Positions 38,090 through 54,000 of a stretch of 64,000 nucleotides of DNA are shown here, piece after piece. This stretch comes from Eledone cirrhosa. Taxonomy: Eukaryota. Both the position numbers and the translations under genes were made by a program. The stretch is taken from the NCBI GenBank assembly GCA_964016885.1, contig OZ024741.1, positions 400,830,001 through 400,894,000 of the forward strand. Direction: 5' to 3'. Positions within the stretch are counted from its first letter, which is position 1, and every line of letters starts with the position of its first letter. Under the pieces are notes generated by a model. That model was not told the origin of the DNA. It was given only the letters and a program-made list of their open reading frames with translations, and searched no databases.

Positions 38090-38470
38090 CTAGCAGAAAA
38101 CCACCCGAAGGGTGGTTTTTCTGCTAGAAAATATAACAAATTTAATATAGAAATGGCTTCTACAGGACTATAACTATTTCATTCAAAAGAAAACATCAGG
38201 AAAGCCTTGATGATTTCTTTGGAATGAAACAGTTCTAGTCCTGTGGTTACCCCCGATTGAACCTGGGACTCACATATTTAAAAGACATTTTTTCCATTTC
38301 CACCCTGCCCATCTCCTCAATCTTTCTATTTCTTAAATTTCTCATTCTTTCTTCTGATGAAGGACTAGCATCTGAAACGTTAACACTCTCTTCCTGCTAT
38401 TTCAAGGATTAAACTAATATATTCCTTCCATGTACTGTGTTGTTCGTTTTGTTATTTTTGTTAATAAATA
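38090..38470 (+). mobile_element. Penelope-like terminal remnants (hairpins and hammerhead-like cores)
   Basis: Hairpin 38090-38127; imperfect palindrome 38162-38244 containing tgatga..gaaac..gtc; ctgatga-aggactagcatct-gaaacgtta at 38354-38382. Confidence 0.45.
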
Positions 38471-38897
38471 TAAACACACAAACATATATACACGCACACA
38501 TATACACACTCACACAAGTATAAATGTAAACACACAAACATACATACACTCACACATATATACACTCACACAAGTAAAAATATAAACACACAAACACACA
38601 TACACTCACACAAACATACAAATACTCACACATATATACACTCACACAAATATAAATATAAACACACAAACATATATACACTCACACAAGTATAACTATA
38701 AACACACAAACATACAAACACTCACATATATATATACTCACACAAGTATAAATATAAACACACAAACACACATACACACATACACTCACAATGATTAATA
38801 TATTCACACAGACACACATACACTAACACAATGATAAATATATTCACACAGACACACAGACACTAACACATATACTCACACACATGCACTAACACAA
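38470..38897. repeat. CA-rich degenerate low-complexity repeat
   Basis: Recurring cactcacaca/aaacacacaaaca motifs. Confidence 0.85.
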
Positions 38898-38999
38898 TAA
38901 TTGTTTCTACATTTGTCACAAGACCAGCAATTACCCCAGTGTATTACTGGTACTTTATTTTATCAACCCGTTAGGATGAAAGGCAAAGTTAACCTCGGC
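38897..38999 (-). mobile_element. SINE family 1, 3' half
   Basis: Matches 17241-17345. Confidence 0.8.
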
Positions 39000-39021
39000 A
39001 ACCAATGTGTGTAACCAATTT

Positions 39022-42000
39022 GAAGCATGGAGCAAACTCCCTGCATCAGTTATTAGCTGCTAAGACACTGCATCCTTTAAAACCTCAAATGGAACAAACT
39101 ACCTGCATCAGTTGTTAGTTGTCAAGACACTGCATCCTTTAAAACCTCCATGGAAAAAACTACCTGCATCAGCTGTTAGCTGTCGAGACACTGCATCCAT
39201 TAAAACCTCCATGTAACAAACTACCTGTATTAGCTGTTAGCTGTCGAGACACTGCATCCTTTAAAACCTCCATGGAACAAACTACCTGCATCAGTTATTA
39301 GCTGTCGAGACACTGCATCCTTTAAAACCTCCATGGAACAAACTACCTGCATCAGTTAATAGCTGTCGAGACACTGCATCCTTTAAAAACTCCATGGAAC
39401 AAACTACCTGCATCAGTTGTTAGCTGTCGAGACACTGCATCCTTTAAAACCTCCATGGAACAAACTACCTGCATCAGTTATTAGCTCTCGAGACACTGCA
39501 TCCTTTAAAACCTCCATGGAATAAACTAATTGCATCAGTTATTAGCTGTCAAGACACTGCATACTTTAAAACCTCCATGGAACAAACTACCTGCATCAGT
39601 TATTAGCTGTCGAGACACTGCATATTTTAAAACCTCTAGGAACAAACTACCTGCATCAGTTATTAGCTGTCGAGACACTGCATCCTTTAAAACCTCCATG
39701 GAACAAACTACCTGCATCAGTTATTAACTGTAGAGACACTGCATCCTTTAAAACTTCCATGGAACAGACTACCTGCATCAGTTGTTAGCTGTTGAGACAC
39801 AGCATCCTTTAAAACCTCCGTGAAACAAACAGCCTGCATCATTTGTTAGTTGTCAAGACACTGCATCCTTTAAAACCTCCAAGGAACAAACTACCTGCAT
39901 CAGTTATTAGCTGTCGAGACACTGCATCCTTTAAAACCTGCATGGAACAAACTACCTGCATCAGTTATTAGCTGTCGAGATACTGCATCCTTTAAAACCT
40001 CCATTAAACAAACTATCTGCATTAATTGTTAGCTGTCGAGACACTGCATCCTTTAAAACCTCCATGGAACAAACTACCTGCATCAGTTATTAGCTGTAGA
40101 GACACTGCATCCTTTAAAACCTCCATGGAGCAAACTATCTGCATCAGTTGTTAGCTGTTGAGACACTGCATTCTTTAAAACCTCCATGGAACAAACTACC
40201 TGCATAAGTTATTAGCTGTCGAGACACTGCATCCTTTAAAACCTCCATGGAACAAATTACCTGCATCAGTTGTTAATTGTCAAGACACTGCATTCTTTAA
40301 AACCTCCATAGAACAAACTACCTACATCAGTTATTAGCTGTCGAGACACTGCATCCTTTAAAACCTCCATGGAACAAACTACCTGCATCAGTTATTAGCT
40401 GTAGAGACACTGCATCCTTTAAAACCTCCATGGAGCAAACTACCTGCATCACTTGTTAGCTGTTGAGACACTGCATTCTTTAAAACCTCCATGGAACAAA
40501 CTACCTGCATAATTTATTAGCTGTCGAGACACTGCATCCTTTAAAACCTCCATGGAATAAACTACCTGCATCAGTTGTTAATTGTCTAGACACTGCATCC
40601 TTTAAAACCTCCATAGAACAAACTACCTGCATCAGTTATTAGCTGTCGAGACACTGCATCCTTTAAAACCTCCATGGAACAAACTACCTTCATCAGTTGT
40701 TAGCTGTCGAGACACTGTTCCTTTAAAACCTCCATGGAACAAACTACCTGCATCGATTATTAGCTCTCGAGACACTGCATCCTTTAAAACCTCCATGGAA
40801 CAAACTACCTGCATCAGTTATTAACTGTCGAGACACTGCATCCTTTAAAACCTCCATGGAGCAAACTACCTGCATCAGTTGTTAGCTGTTGAGACACTGC
40901 ATTCTTTAAAACCTCCATGGAACAAACTACCTGCATAAGTTATTAACTGTCGAGACACTGCATCCTTTAAAACCTCCATGGAATAAACTACCTGCATCAG
41001 TTGTTAATTGTCAAGACACTGCATCCTTTAAAACCTCCATAGAACAAACTACCTGCATCAGTTATTAGCTGTCGAGACACTGCATCCTTTAAAACCTCCA
41101 TGGAACAAACTACCTGCATCAGTTATTAACTGTCGAGACACTGCATCCTTTAAAACCTCCATGGAACAGACTACCTGCATCAGTTGTTAGCTGTCGAGAC
41201 ACTGCATCCTTTAAAACCTCCATGGAACAAACAACCTGCATCAGTTGTTTGTTGTCAAGACACTGCATCCTTTAAAACCTCCATGGAACAAACTACTTGC
41301 ATCAGTTATTATCTGTTGAGACACTGCATCCTTTAAAACCTCCATGGAACAAACTACCTGCATCTGTTATTAGCTGTCGAGATACTGCATCCTTTAAAAC
41401 CTCCATGAAACAAACTACCTGCATCAGTTATTAGCTGTCGAGACACTGCATCCTTTAAAACCTCCATGGAACAAACAACCTGCATCAGTTGTTTGTTGTC
41501 AAGACACTGCGTTCTTTAAAACCTCCATGGAACAAACAACCTGCATCAGTTGTTTGTTGTCAAGACACTGCATCCTTTAAAACCTCCATGGAACAAACTA
41601 CTTGCATCAGTTATTATCTGTCGAGACACTGCATCCTTTAAAACCTCCATGGAACAAACTACCTGCATCTGTTATTAGCTGTCGAGATACTGCATCCTTT
41701 AAAACCTCCATGAAACAAATTACCTGCATCAGTTATTAGCTGTCGAGACACTGCATCCTTTAAAACCTCCATGGAACAAACAACCTGCATCAGTTGTTTG
41801 TTGTCAAGACACTGCGTTCTTTAAAACCTCCATGGAACAAACTACCTGCATCAGTTGTTAGCTGTCGAGACGTTGCGTCCTTTAAAACCTCCATGGAACA
41901 AACTACCTGCATCAGTTGTTAGCTGTCGAGACACTGCATCCTTTAAAACCTCCATGGAACAACTACCTGCATCAGTTGTTAGCTGTCGAGACACTGCATC

Positions 42001-45000
42001 CTTTAAAACCTCCTTGGAATAAACTACCTGCTTCAGTTGTTAATTGTCAAGACACTGCATCCTTTAGAACCTCCATAGAACAAACTACCTACATCAATTA
42101 TTAGCTGTCGAGACACTGCATCCTTTAAAACCTCCATGGAACAAACTACCTGCATCAGTAATTAACTGTCGAGACACTGCGTCCTTTAAAACCTCCATGG
42201 AACAAACTAACTACATCAGTTGTTAGCTGTCGAGACACTGCATCCTTTAAAACCTCCATGGAACAACTACCTGCATCAGTTATTAGCTGTCGAGACACTG
42301 CATCCTTTAAAACCTCCATGGAATAAACTACCTGCATCAGTTGTTAATTGTCAAGACACTGCATCCTTTAAAACCTCCATAGAACAAACTACCTACGTCA
42401 GTTATTAGCTGTCGAGACACTGCATCCTTTAAAACCTCCATGGAACAAACTACCTGCATCAGTTGTTAGCTGTCGAGACACTGCATCCTTTAAAACCTCC
42501 TTGGAATAAACTACCTGCATCAGTTGTTAATCGTCAAGACACTGGATCCTTTAAAACCTCCATAGAACAAACTACCTGCATCAGTTATTAGCTGCCGAGA
42601 CACTGCATCCTTTAAAACCTCCATAGAACAAACTACCTACATCAATTATTAGCTGTCGAGACACTGCATCCTTTAAAACCTCCATGGAACAAACTACCTG
42701 CATCAGTTATTAACTGTCGAGACACTGCGTCCTTTAAAACCTCCATGGAACAAACTAACTGCATCAGTTGTTAGCTGTCGAGACACTGCATCCTTTAAAA
42801 CCTCCATGGAACAACTACCTGCATCAGTTGTTAGCTGTCGAGACACTGCATCCTTTAAAACCTCCATGGAATAAACTACCTGCATCAGTTGTTAATTGTC
42901 AAGACACTACATCCTTTAAAACCTCCATAGAACAAACTACCTACATCAGTTATTAGCTGTCGAGACACTGCATCCTTTAAAACCTCCATGGAACAAACTA
43001 CCTGCATCAGTTATTAACTGTCGAGACACTGCATCCTTTAAAACCTCCATGGAGCAAACAACCTGCATCACTTGTTAGCTGTTGAGACACTGCATTCTTT
43101 AAAACCTCCATGGAACAAACTACCTGCATAAGTTATTAGCTGTCGAGACACTGCATCCTTTAAAACCTCCATGGAATAAACTACCTGCATCAGTTGTTAA
43201 TTGTCAAGACACTGCATCCTTTAAAACCTCCATAGAACAAACTACCTGCATCAGTTATTAGCTGTCGAGACACTGCATCCTTTAAAACCTCCATGGAACA
43301 AACTACCTGCATCAGTTATTAACTGTCGAGACACTGCATCCTTTAAAACCTCTATGGAGCAAACTACCTGCATCAGTTGTTAGCTGTTGAGACACTGCAT
43401 TCTTTAAAACCTCCATGGAACAAACTACCTGCATAAGTTATTAGCTGTCGAGACACTGCATCCTTTAAAACCTCCATGGAATAAACTACCTGCATCAGTT
43501 GTTAATTGTCAAGACACTGCATCCTTTAAAACCTCCATGGAATAAACTACTTGCATCAGTTATTAGCTGTCAAGACACTACATACTTTAAAACCTCCATG
43601 GAACAAACTACCTGCATCAGTTATTAGCTGTCGAGACACTGCATCTTTTAAAACCTCTAGGAACAAACTACCTGCATCAGTTATTAGCTGTCGAGACACT
43701 GCATCCTTTGAAACTTCCATGGAACAAACTACTTGCATCAGTTATTAGCTGTCGAGACACTGCATCCTTTAAAACCTGCATGGAACAAACTACCTGCATC
43801 AGTTATTAGCTGTCGAGATACTGCATCCTTTAAAACCTCCATTAAACAAACTACCTGCATCAGATATTAGCTGTCGAGACACTGCATCCTTTAAAACCTC
43901 CATGGAACAAACTACCTGCATCAGTTGTTAGCTGTCGAGACACTGCATCCTTTAAAACCTCCATGGACCAAACTACCTGCATCAGTTATTAGCTGTCGAG
44001 ATACTGCATCCTTTAAAACCTCCATTAAACAAACTACCTGCATCAGTTGTTAGCTGGCCTGACACTGCATCCTTTAAAACCTCCATGGAACAAACTACCT
44101 GCATCAGTTGTTAGTTGTCGAGACACTGCATCCTTTAAAACCTCCATGGAACAAACTACCTGCATCAGTTGTTAGCTGTCGAGACACTGCATCCTTTAAA
44201 ACCTCCATGGCACAAACTATCTGCATCAGTTATTAGCCGTCGAGACACTGCATCCTTTAAAACCTCCATGGAACAAACTACCTGCTTCAGTTATTAACTG
44301 TCGAGACACTGCATCCTTTAAAACCTCCATGGAACAAACAACCTGCATCAGTTGTTAGTTGTCAAGACACTGCATCCTTTAAAACCTCCATGGAACAAAC
44401 TACTTGCATCAGTTATTAGCTGTCGAGACATTGCATCCTTTAAAACCTCCATGGAACAAACTACCTGCATCAGTTATTAGCTGTCGAGATACTGCATCCT
44501 TTAAAACCTCCATTAAACAAACTACCTGCATCAGTTATTTGCTGTCGAGACACTGCATCCTTTAAAATCCCCATGGAACAAACTACCTGCATCTGTTGTT
44601 TGTTGTCGAGACACTGTATCCTTTAAAACCTCCATGGAACAAACTACCTGCATCAGTTGTTAGCTGTCGAGACACTGCATCCTTTAAAACCTCCATGGAA
44701 CAAACTACCTGCATCAGTTATTAGCTGTCGAGACACTGCATCCTTTAAACCCTCCATGGAACAAACTACCTGCATCAGTTGTTAGTTGTCGAGGCACTGC
44801 ATCCTTTAAAACCTCCATGGAACAAACTTCCTGCATCAGTTGTTAGCTGTCGAGACACTGCATCCTTTAAAACCTCCATTAAACAAACTACCTGCATCAG
44901 TTGTTAGGTGGCCTGACACTGCATCCTTTAAAACCTCCATGGAACAAACTACCTGCATCAATTGTTAGTTGTCGAGACACTGCATCCTTTAAAACCTCCA

Positions 45001-48000
45001 TGGAACAAACTACCTGCTTCAGATATTAGCTGTCGAGACACTGCATCCTTTAAAACCTCCATGGCACAAACTACCTGCATCAGTTATTAGCCGTCGAGAC
45101 ACTGCATCCTTTAAAACCTCCATGGAACAAACTACCTGCATCAGTTATTAGCTCTCGAGACACTGCATCCTTTAAAACCTCCATGGAATAAACTACCTGC
45201 ATCAGTTATTAGCTGTCAAGACACTGCATCCTTTAAAACCTCCATGGAACAAACTACCTGCATCAGTTGTTAGCTGTCGAGACACTGCATCCTTTAAAAC
45301 CTCCATGGAACAAACTACCTGCATCAGTTATTAGCTGTCGAGACACTGCATCCTTTAAACCCTCCATGGAACAAACTACCTGCATCAGTTGTTAGTTGTC
45401 AAGGCACTGCATCCTTTAAAACCTCCATGGAACAAACTACCTGCATCAGTTGTTATTTGTCGAGATACTGCATCCTTTAAAACCTCTATGGAACAAACTA
45501 CCTGCATCAGTTATTAGCCGTCGAGACACTGCATCCTTTAAAACCTCCATGGAGCAAACTACCTGCATCAGTTGTTAGTTGTCGTGGCACTACATCATTT
45601 AAAACCTCCATGGAACAAACTACCTGCATCAGTTGTTAGTTGTCGAGACACTGCATCCTTTAAAACCTCCATGGAACAAACTACCTGCATCAGTTATTAG
45701 CTCTCGAGACACTGCATCCTTTAAAACCTCCATGGAATAAACTACCTGCATCAGTTATTAGCTGTCAAGACACTGCATCATTTAAAACCTCCATGGAACA
45801 AACTACCTGCATCAGTTGTTAGTTGTCGAGACACTGCATCCTTTAAAACCTCCATGGAACAAACTACCTGCATCAGTTATTAGCCGTCGAGACACTGCAT
45901 CCTTTAAAACCTCCATGGAACAAACTACCTGCATCAGTTATTAACTGTCGAGATACTGCATCCTTTAAAACCTCCATGGAACAGACTACCTGCATCAGTT
46001 GTTAGCTGTCGAGACACTACTTCCTTTAAAACCTCCATGGAACAAACAACCTGCATCAGGTGTTAGTTGTCAAGACACTGCATCCTTTAAAACCTCCATG
46101 AACAAACTACTTGCATCAGTTATTAGCTGTCGAGACACTGCATCCTTTAAAACCTCCATGGTACAAACTAGCTGCATCAGTTATTAGCTGTCGATATACT
46201 GCATCCTTTAAAACCTCCATGAAACAAACTACCTGCATCAGTTATTAGCTGTCGAGATACTGCATCCTTTAAAACCTTTCATGGAACAAACTACCTGCAC
46301 CAGTTATTAGCCGTCGAAACACTGCATCCTTTAAAACCTCCATGGAACAAACTACCTGCATCAGTTATTAGCTGTCGAGATACTGCATCCTTTAAAACCT
46401 CCATTAAACAAACTACCTGCATCAGTTGTTAGCTGGCCTGACACTGCATCCTTTAAAACCTCCATGGAACAAACTACCTGCATCAATTGTTAGTTGTCGA
46501 GACACTGCATCCTTTAAAACCTCCATGGAACAAACTACCTGCATCAGTTATTAGCTGTCGAGACACTGCATCCTTTAAAACCTCCATGGCGCAAACTACC
46601 TGCATCAGTTATTAGCCGTCGAGACACAGCATCCTTTACAACCTCCATGGAACAAACTACCTGCATCAGTTATTAACTGTCGAGATACTGCATCCTTTAA
46701 AACCTCCATGGAACAGACTACCTGCATCAGTTGTTAGCTGTCGAGACACTACTTCCTTTAAAACCTCCATGGAACAAACAACCTGCATCAGGTGTTAGTT
46801 GTCAAGACACTGCATCCTTTAAAACCTCCATGAACAAACTACTTGCATCAGTTATTAGCTGTCGAGATACTGCATCCTTTAAAACCTCCATGAAACAAAC
46901 TACCTGCATCAGTTATTAGCTGTCGAGATACTGCATCCTTTAAAACCTCCATGGAACAAACTACCTGCATCAGTTATTAGCCGTCGAAACACTGCATCCT
47001 TTAAAACCTCCATGGAACAAACTACCTGCATCAGTTATTAACTGTCGAGACACTGCATCCTTTAAAATCTCCATTAAACAAACTACCTGCATCAGTTGTT
47101 AGCTGGCCTGACACTGCATCCTTTAAAACCTCCATGTAACAAACTACCTGCATCAGTTGTTAGCTGTCGAGACACTGCATCCTTTAAAACCTCCATGGCA
47201 CAAACTATCTGCATCAGTTATTAGCCGTCGAGACACTGCATCCTTTAAAACCTCCATGGAACAAACTACCTGCTTCAGTTATTAACTGTCGAGACACTGC
47301 ATCCTTTAAAACCTCCATGGAACAAACAACCTGCATCAGCTGTTAGTTGTCAAGACACTGCATCCTTTAAAACCTCCATGGAACAAACTACTTGCATCAG
47401 TTATTAGCTGTCGAGACATTGCATCCTTTAAAACCTCCATGGAACAAACTACCTGCATCAGTTATTAGCTGTCGAGATACTGCATCATTTAAAACCTCCA
47501 TTAAACAAACTACCTGCTTCAGTTGTTAGCTGGCCTGACACTGCATCCTTTAAAACCTCCATGGAACAAACTACCTGCATCAATTGTTAGTTGTCGAGAC
47601 ACTGCATCCTTTAAAACCTCCATGGAACAAACTACCTGCATCAGTTGTTAGCTGTCGAGACACTGCATCCTTTAAAATCTCCATGGCACAAACTACCTGC
47701 ATCAGTTATTAGCCGTCGAGACACTGCATCCTTTAAAACCTCCATGGAACAAACTACCTGCATCAGTTATTAACTGTCGAGACACTGCATCCTTTAAAAC
47801 CTCCATGGAACAGACTACCTGCATCAGTTGTTAGCTGTCGAGACACTACTTCCTTTAAAACCTCCATGGAACAAACAACCTGCATCAGGTGTTAGTTGTC
47901 AAGACACTGCATCCTTTAAAACCTCCATGGAACAAACTACTTGCATCAGTTATTAGCTGTCGAGACACTGCATCCTTTAAAACCTCCATGGAACAAACTA

Positions 48001-51000
48001 CCTCCATCAGTTATTAGCTGTCGAGATACTGCATCCTTTAAAACCTCCATGGAACAAACTACCTGAATCAGTTGTTAGCTGTCGAGACACTGCATCCTTT
48101 AAAACCTCCATGGAACAAACTACCTGCATCAGTTGTTAGTTGTCGAGACACTGCATCCTTTAAAACCTCCATGGAATAAACTACCTGCATCAGTTATTAG
48201 CTGTCGAGACACTGCATCCTTTAAAACCTCCATGGAACAAACTACCTGCATCAGTTGTTAGCTGTCGAGACACTGCATCCTTTAAAACCTCCATGGAACA
48301 AACTACCTGCATCAGTTATTAGCTGTAGTGACACTGCATCCTTTAAAACCTCCATGAAACAAACTACCTGCATCAGTTATTAGCTGTCGAGACACTGCCT
48401 CCTTTAAAACCTCCATGTAACAAACTACCTGCATCAGTTATTAGCTGTCGAGACACTGCATCCTTTTAACCCTCCATGGAACAAACTACCTGCATCAGTT
48501 GTTAGTTGTCGAGGCACTGCATCCTTCAAAACCTCCATGGAACAAACTACCTGCATCAGTTGTTAGTTGTCGAGATACTGCATCCTTTAAAACCTCTATG
48601 GAACAAATTACCTTCATCAGTTATTAGCTGTCGAGACACTGCATCCTTTAAAACCTCCATGGAGCAAACTACCTGCATCAGTTGTTAGTTGTCGTGGCAC
48701 TGCATCATTTAAAACCTCCATGGAACAAACTACCTGCATCAGTTGTTAGTTGTCGAGACACTGCATCCTTTAAAACCTCCATGGAACAAACTACCTGCAT
48801 CAGTTATTAGCTCTCGAGACACTGCATCCTTTAAAACCTCCATGGAATAAACTACCTGCATCAGTTATTAGCTGTCAAGACACTGCATCCTTTAAAACCT
48901 CCATGGAACAAACTACCTGCATCAGTTGTTAGCTGTCGAGACACTGCATCCTTTAAAAGCTCCATGGAACAAACTACCTGCATCAGTTATTAGCTGTCGA
49001 GACACTGCATCCTTTAAAATATCCATGGAACAAACTACCTGCATCACTTATTAGCTGTCGAGACACTTCACCGTTTAAAACCTCCGTGGAACAAACTACC
49101 TGCATCAGTTATTAGCTGTAGTGACACTGCATCCTTTAAAACCTCCATGAAACAAACTACCTGCATCAGTTATTAGCTGTCGAGACACTGCATCCTTTAA
49201 AACCTCCATGGAACAAACTACCTGCATCAGTTGTTAGTTGTCGAGACACAGCATCCTTTAAAACCTCCATGGAATAGACTACCTGCATCAGTTGTTAGCT
49301 GTCGAGACATTGCGTCCTTTAAAACCTCCATGGAACAAACAACCTGCATCAGTTGTTAGTTGTCAAGACACTGCATCCTTTAAAACCTCCATGGAACAAA
49401 CTACTTGCATCAGTTATTAGCTGTCGAGACACTGCATCCTTTAAAACCTCCATGGAACAAACTACCTCCATCAGTTATTAGCAGTCGAGATACTGCATCC
49501 TTTAAAACCTCCATGGAACAAACTACCTGAATCAGTTGTTAGCTGTCGAGACACTGCATCCTTTAAAACCTCCATGGAACAAACTACCTGCATCAGTTGT
49601 TAGTTGTCGAGACACTGCATCCTTTAAAACCTCCATGGAATAAACTACCTGCATCAGTTATTAGCTGTCGAGACACTGCATCCTTTAAAACCTCCATGGA
49701 ACAAACTACCTGCATCAGTTGTTAGCTGTCGAGACACTGCATCCTTTAAAACCTCCATGGAACAAACTACCTGCATCAGTTATTAGCTGTAGTGACACTG
49801 CATCCTTTAAAACCTCCATGAAACAAACTACCCGCATCAGTTATTAGCTGTCGAGACACTGCATCCTTCAAAACCTCCATGGAACAAACTGCCTGCATCA
49901 GTTATTAGCTGTCGAGACACTGCATCCTTTAAATCCTCCATGGAACAACCTACCTGCATCAGTTGTTAGTTGTCGAGGCACTGCATCCTTTAAAACATCC
50001 ATGGAACAAACTACCTGCATCAGTTGTTAGTTGTCGAGATACTGCATCCTTTAAAACCTCTATGGAACAAACTACCTGCATCAGTTATTAGCTGTCGAGA
50101 CACTGCATCCTTTAAAACCTCCATGGAGCAAACTACCTGCATCGGTTGTTAGTTGTCGTGGCACTGCATCATTTAAAATCTCCATGGAACAAACTACCTG
50201 CATCAGTTGTTAGTTGTCGAGACACTGCATCCTTTAAAACCTCCATGGAATAAACTACCTGCATCAGTTATTAGCTGTCAAGACACTGCATCCTTTAAAA
50301 CCTCCATGGAACAAACTACCTGCATCAGTTGTTAGCTGTCGAGACACTGCATCCTTTAAAACTTGCATGGAACAAACTACCTGCATCAGTTATTAGCTGT
50401 CGAGATACTGCATCCTTTAAAACCTCCATTAAACAAACTACCTGCATCAGTTGTTAGCTGGCCTGACACTGCATCCTTTAAAACCTCCATGGAACAAACT
50501 ACCTGAATCAATTGTTAGTTGTCGAGAGACTGCATCCTTTAAAACCTCCATGGAACAAACTACCTGCATCAGTTGTTAGCTGTCGAGACACTGCATCCTT
50601 TAAAACCTCCATTGCACAAACTACCTGCATCAGTTATTAGCCGTCGAGACACTGCATCCTTTAAAACCTCCATGGAACAAACTACCTGCATCAGTTATTA
50701 ACTGTCGCGACACTGCATCCTTTAAAACCTCCATGGAACAGACTACCTGCATCAGTTGTTAGTTGTCAAGACACTGCATCCTTTAAAACCTCCATGGAAC
50801 AAACTACTTGCATCAGTTATTAGCTGTCGAGGCACTGCATCCTTTAAAACCTCCATGGAACAAACTACCTGCATCAGTTGTTAGCTGTCGAGACACTGCA
50901 TCCTTTAAAACCTCCATGGAACAAACTACCTGCATCAGTTATTAGCTGTAGTGACACTGCATCCTTTAAAACCTCCATGAAACAAACTACCTGCATCAGT

Positions 51001-54000
51001 TATTAGCTGTCGAGACACTGCCTCCTTTAAAACCTCCATGTAACAAACTACCTGCATCAGTTATTAGCTGTCGAGACACTGCATCCTTTTAACCCTCCAT
51101 GGAACAAACTACCTGCATCAGTTGTTAGTTGTCGAGGCACTGCATCCTTCAAAACCTCCATGGAACAAACTACCTGCATCAGTTGTTAGTTGTCGAGATA
51201 CTGCATCCTTTAAAACCTCTATGGAACAAATTACCTTCATCAGTTATTAGCTGTCGAGACACTGCATCCTTTAAAACCTCCATGGAGCAAACTACCTGCA
51301 TCAGTTGTTAGTTGTCGTGGCACTGCATCATTTAAAACCTCCATGGAACAAACTACCTGCATCAGTTGTTAGTTGTCGAGACACTGCATCCTTTAAAACC
51401 TCCATGGAACAAACTACCTGCATCAGTTATTAGCTCTCGAGACACTGCATCCTTTAAAACCTCCATGGAATAAACTACCTGCATCAGTTATTAGCTGTCA
51501 AGACACTGCATCCTTTAAAACCTCCATGGAACAAACTACCTGCATCAGTTGTTAGCTGTCGAGACACTGCATCCTTTAAAAGCTCCATGGAACAAACTAC
51601 CTGCATCAGTTATTAGCTGTCGAGACACTGCATCCTTTAAAACATCCATGGAACAAACTACCTGCATCACTTATTAGCTGTCGAGACACTTCACCGTTTA
51701 AAACCTCCGTGGAACAAACTACCTGCATCAGTTATTAGCTGTAGTGACACTGCACCCTTTAAAACCTCCATGAAACAAACTACCTGCATCAGTTATTAGC
51801 TGTCGAGACACTGCATCCTTTAAAACCTCCATGGAACAAACTACCTGCATCAGTTGTTAGTTGTCGAGACACAGCATCCTTTAAAACCTCCATGGAATAG
51901 ACTACCTGCATCAGTTGTTAGCTGTCGAGACATTGCATCCTTTAAAACCTCCATGGAACAAACAACCTGCATCAGTTGTTAGTTGTCAAGACACTGCATC
52001 CTTTAAAACCTCCATGGAACAAACTACTTGCATCAGTTATTAGCTGTCGAGACACTGCATCCTTTAAAACCTCCATGGAACAAACTACCTCCATCAGTTA
52101 TTAGCAGTCGAGATACTGCATCCTTTAAAACCTCCATGGAACAAACTACCTGAATCAGTTGTTAGCTGTCGAGACACTGCATCCTTTAAAACCTCCATGG
52201 AACAAACTACCTGCATCAGTTGTTAGTTGTCGAGACACTGCATCCTTTAAAACCTCCATGGAATAAACTACCTGCATCAGTTATTAGCTGTCGAGACACT
52301 GCATCCTTTAAAACCTCCATGGAACAAACTACCTGCATCAGTTGTTAGCTGTCGAGACACTGCATCCTTTAAAACCTCCATGGAACAAACTACCTGCATC
52401 AGTTATTAGCTGTAGTGACACTGCATCCTTTAAAACCTCCATGAAACAAACTACCCGCATCAGTTATTAGCTGTCGAGACACTGCATCCTTCAAAACCTC
52501 CATGGAACAAACTACCTGCATCAGTTATTAGCTGTCGAGACACTGCATCCTTTAAATCCTCCATGGAACAACCTACCTGCATCAGTTGTTAGTTGTCGAG
52601 GCACTGCATCCTTTAAAACCTCCATGGAACAAACTACCTGCATCAGTTGTTAGTTGTCGAGATACTGCATCCTTTAAAACCTCTATGGAACAAACTACCT
52701 GCATCAGTTATTAGCTGTCGAGACACTGCATCCTTTAAAACCTCCATGGAGCAAACTACCTGCATCGGTTGTTAGTTGTCGTGGCACTGCATCATTTAAA
52801 ATCTCCATGGAACAAACTACCTGCATCAGTTGTTAGTTGTCGAGACACTGCATCCTTTAAAACCTCCATGGAACAAACTACCTGCATCAGTTGTTAGCTG
52901 TCGAGACACTGCATCCTTTAAAACTTGCATGGAACAAACTACCTGCATCAGTTATTAGCTGTCGAGATACTGCATCCTTTAAAACCTCCATTAAACAAAC
53001 TACCTGCATCAGTTGTTAGCTGGCCTGACACTGCATCCTTTAAAACCTCCATGGAACAAACTACCTGAATCAATTGTTAGTTGTCGAGAGACTGCATCCT
53101 TTAAAACCTCCATGGAACAAACTACCTGCATCAGTTGTTAGCTGTCGAGACACTGCATCCTTTAAAACCTCCATTGCACAAACTACCTGCATCAGTTATT
53201 AGCCGTCGAGACACTGCATCCTTTAAAACCTCCATGGAACAAACTACCTGCATCAGTTATTAACTGTCGCGACACTGCATCCTTTAAAACCTCCATGGAA
53301 CAGACTACCTGCATCAGTTGTTAGTTGTCAAGACACTGCATCCTTTAAAACCTCCATGGAACAAACTACTTGCATCAGTTATTAGCTGTCGAGGCACTGC
53401 ATCCTTTAAAACCTCCATGGAACAAACTACCTGCATCAGTTATTAGCTGTCGAGATACTGCATCCTTTAAAACCTCCATGAAACAAACTACCTGCATCAG
53501 TTATTAGCTGTCGAGATACTGCATCCTTTAAAACCTCCATGGAACAAACTACCTGCATCAGTTGTTAGCTGTCGAGACACTGCATCCTTTAAAACCTCCA
53601 TGGCACAAACTACCTGCATCAGTTATTAGCCGTCGAAACACTGCATCCTTTAAAACCTCCATGGAACAAACTACCTGCATCAGTTATTAACTGTCGAGAC
53701 ACTGCATCCTTTAAACCCTCCATGGAACAAACTACCTGCATCATTTGTTAGTTAGCGAGGCACTGCATCCTTTAAAACCTCCATGGAACAAACTACCTGC
53801 ATCAGTTGTTAGTTGTCGAGATACTGCATCCTTTAAAACCTCTATGGAACAAACTACCTGCATCAGTTATTAGCTGTCGAGACACTGCATCCTTTAAAAC
53901 CTCCATGGAACAAACTACCTGCATCAGTTGTTAGCTGTCGAGACACTGCATCCTTTAAAACCTCCATGGAACAAACTACCTGCATCAGTTATTAGCTGTA

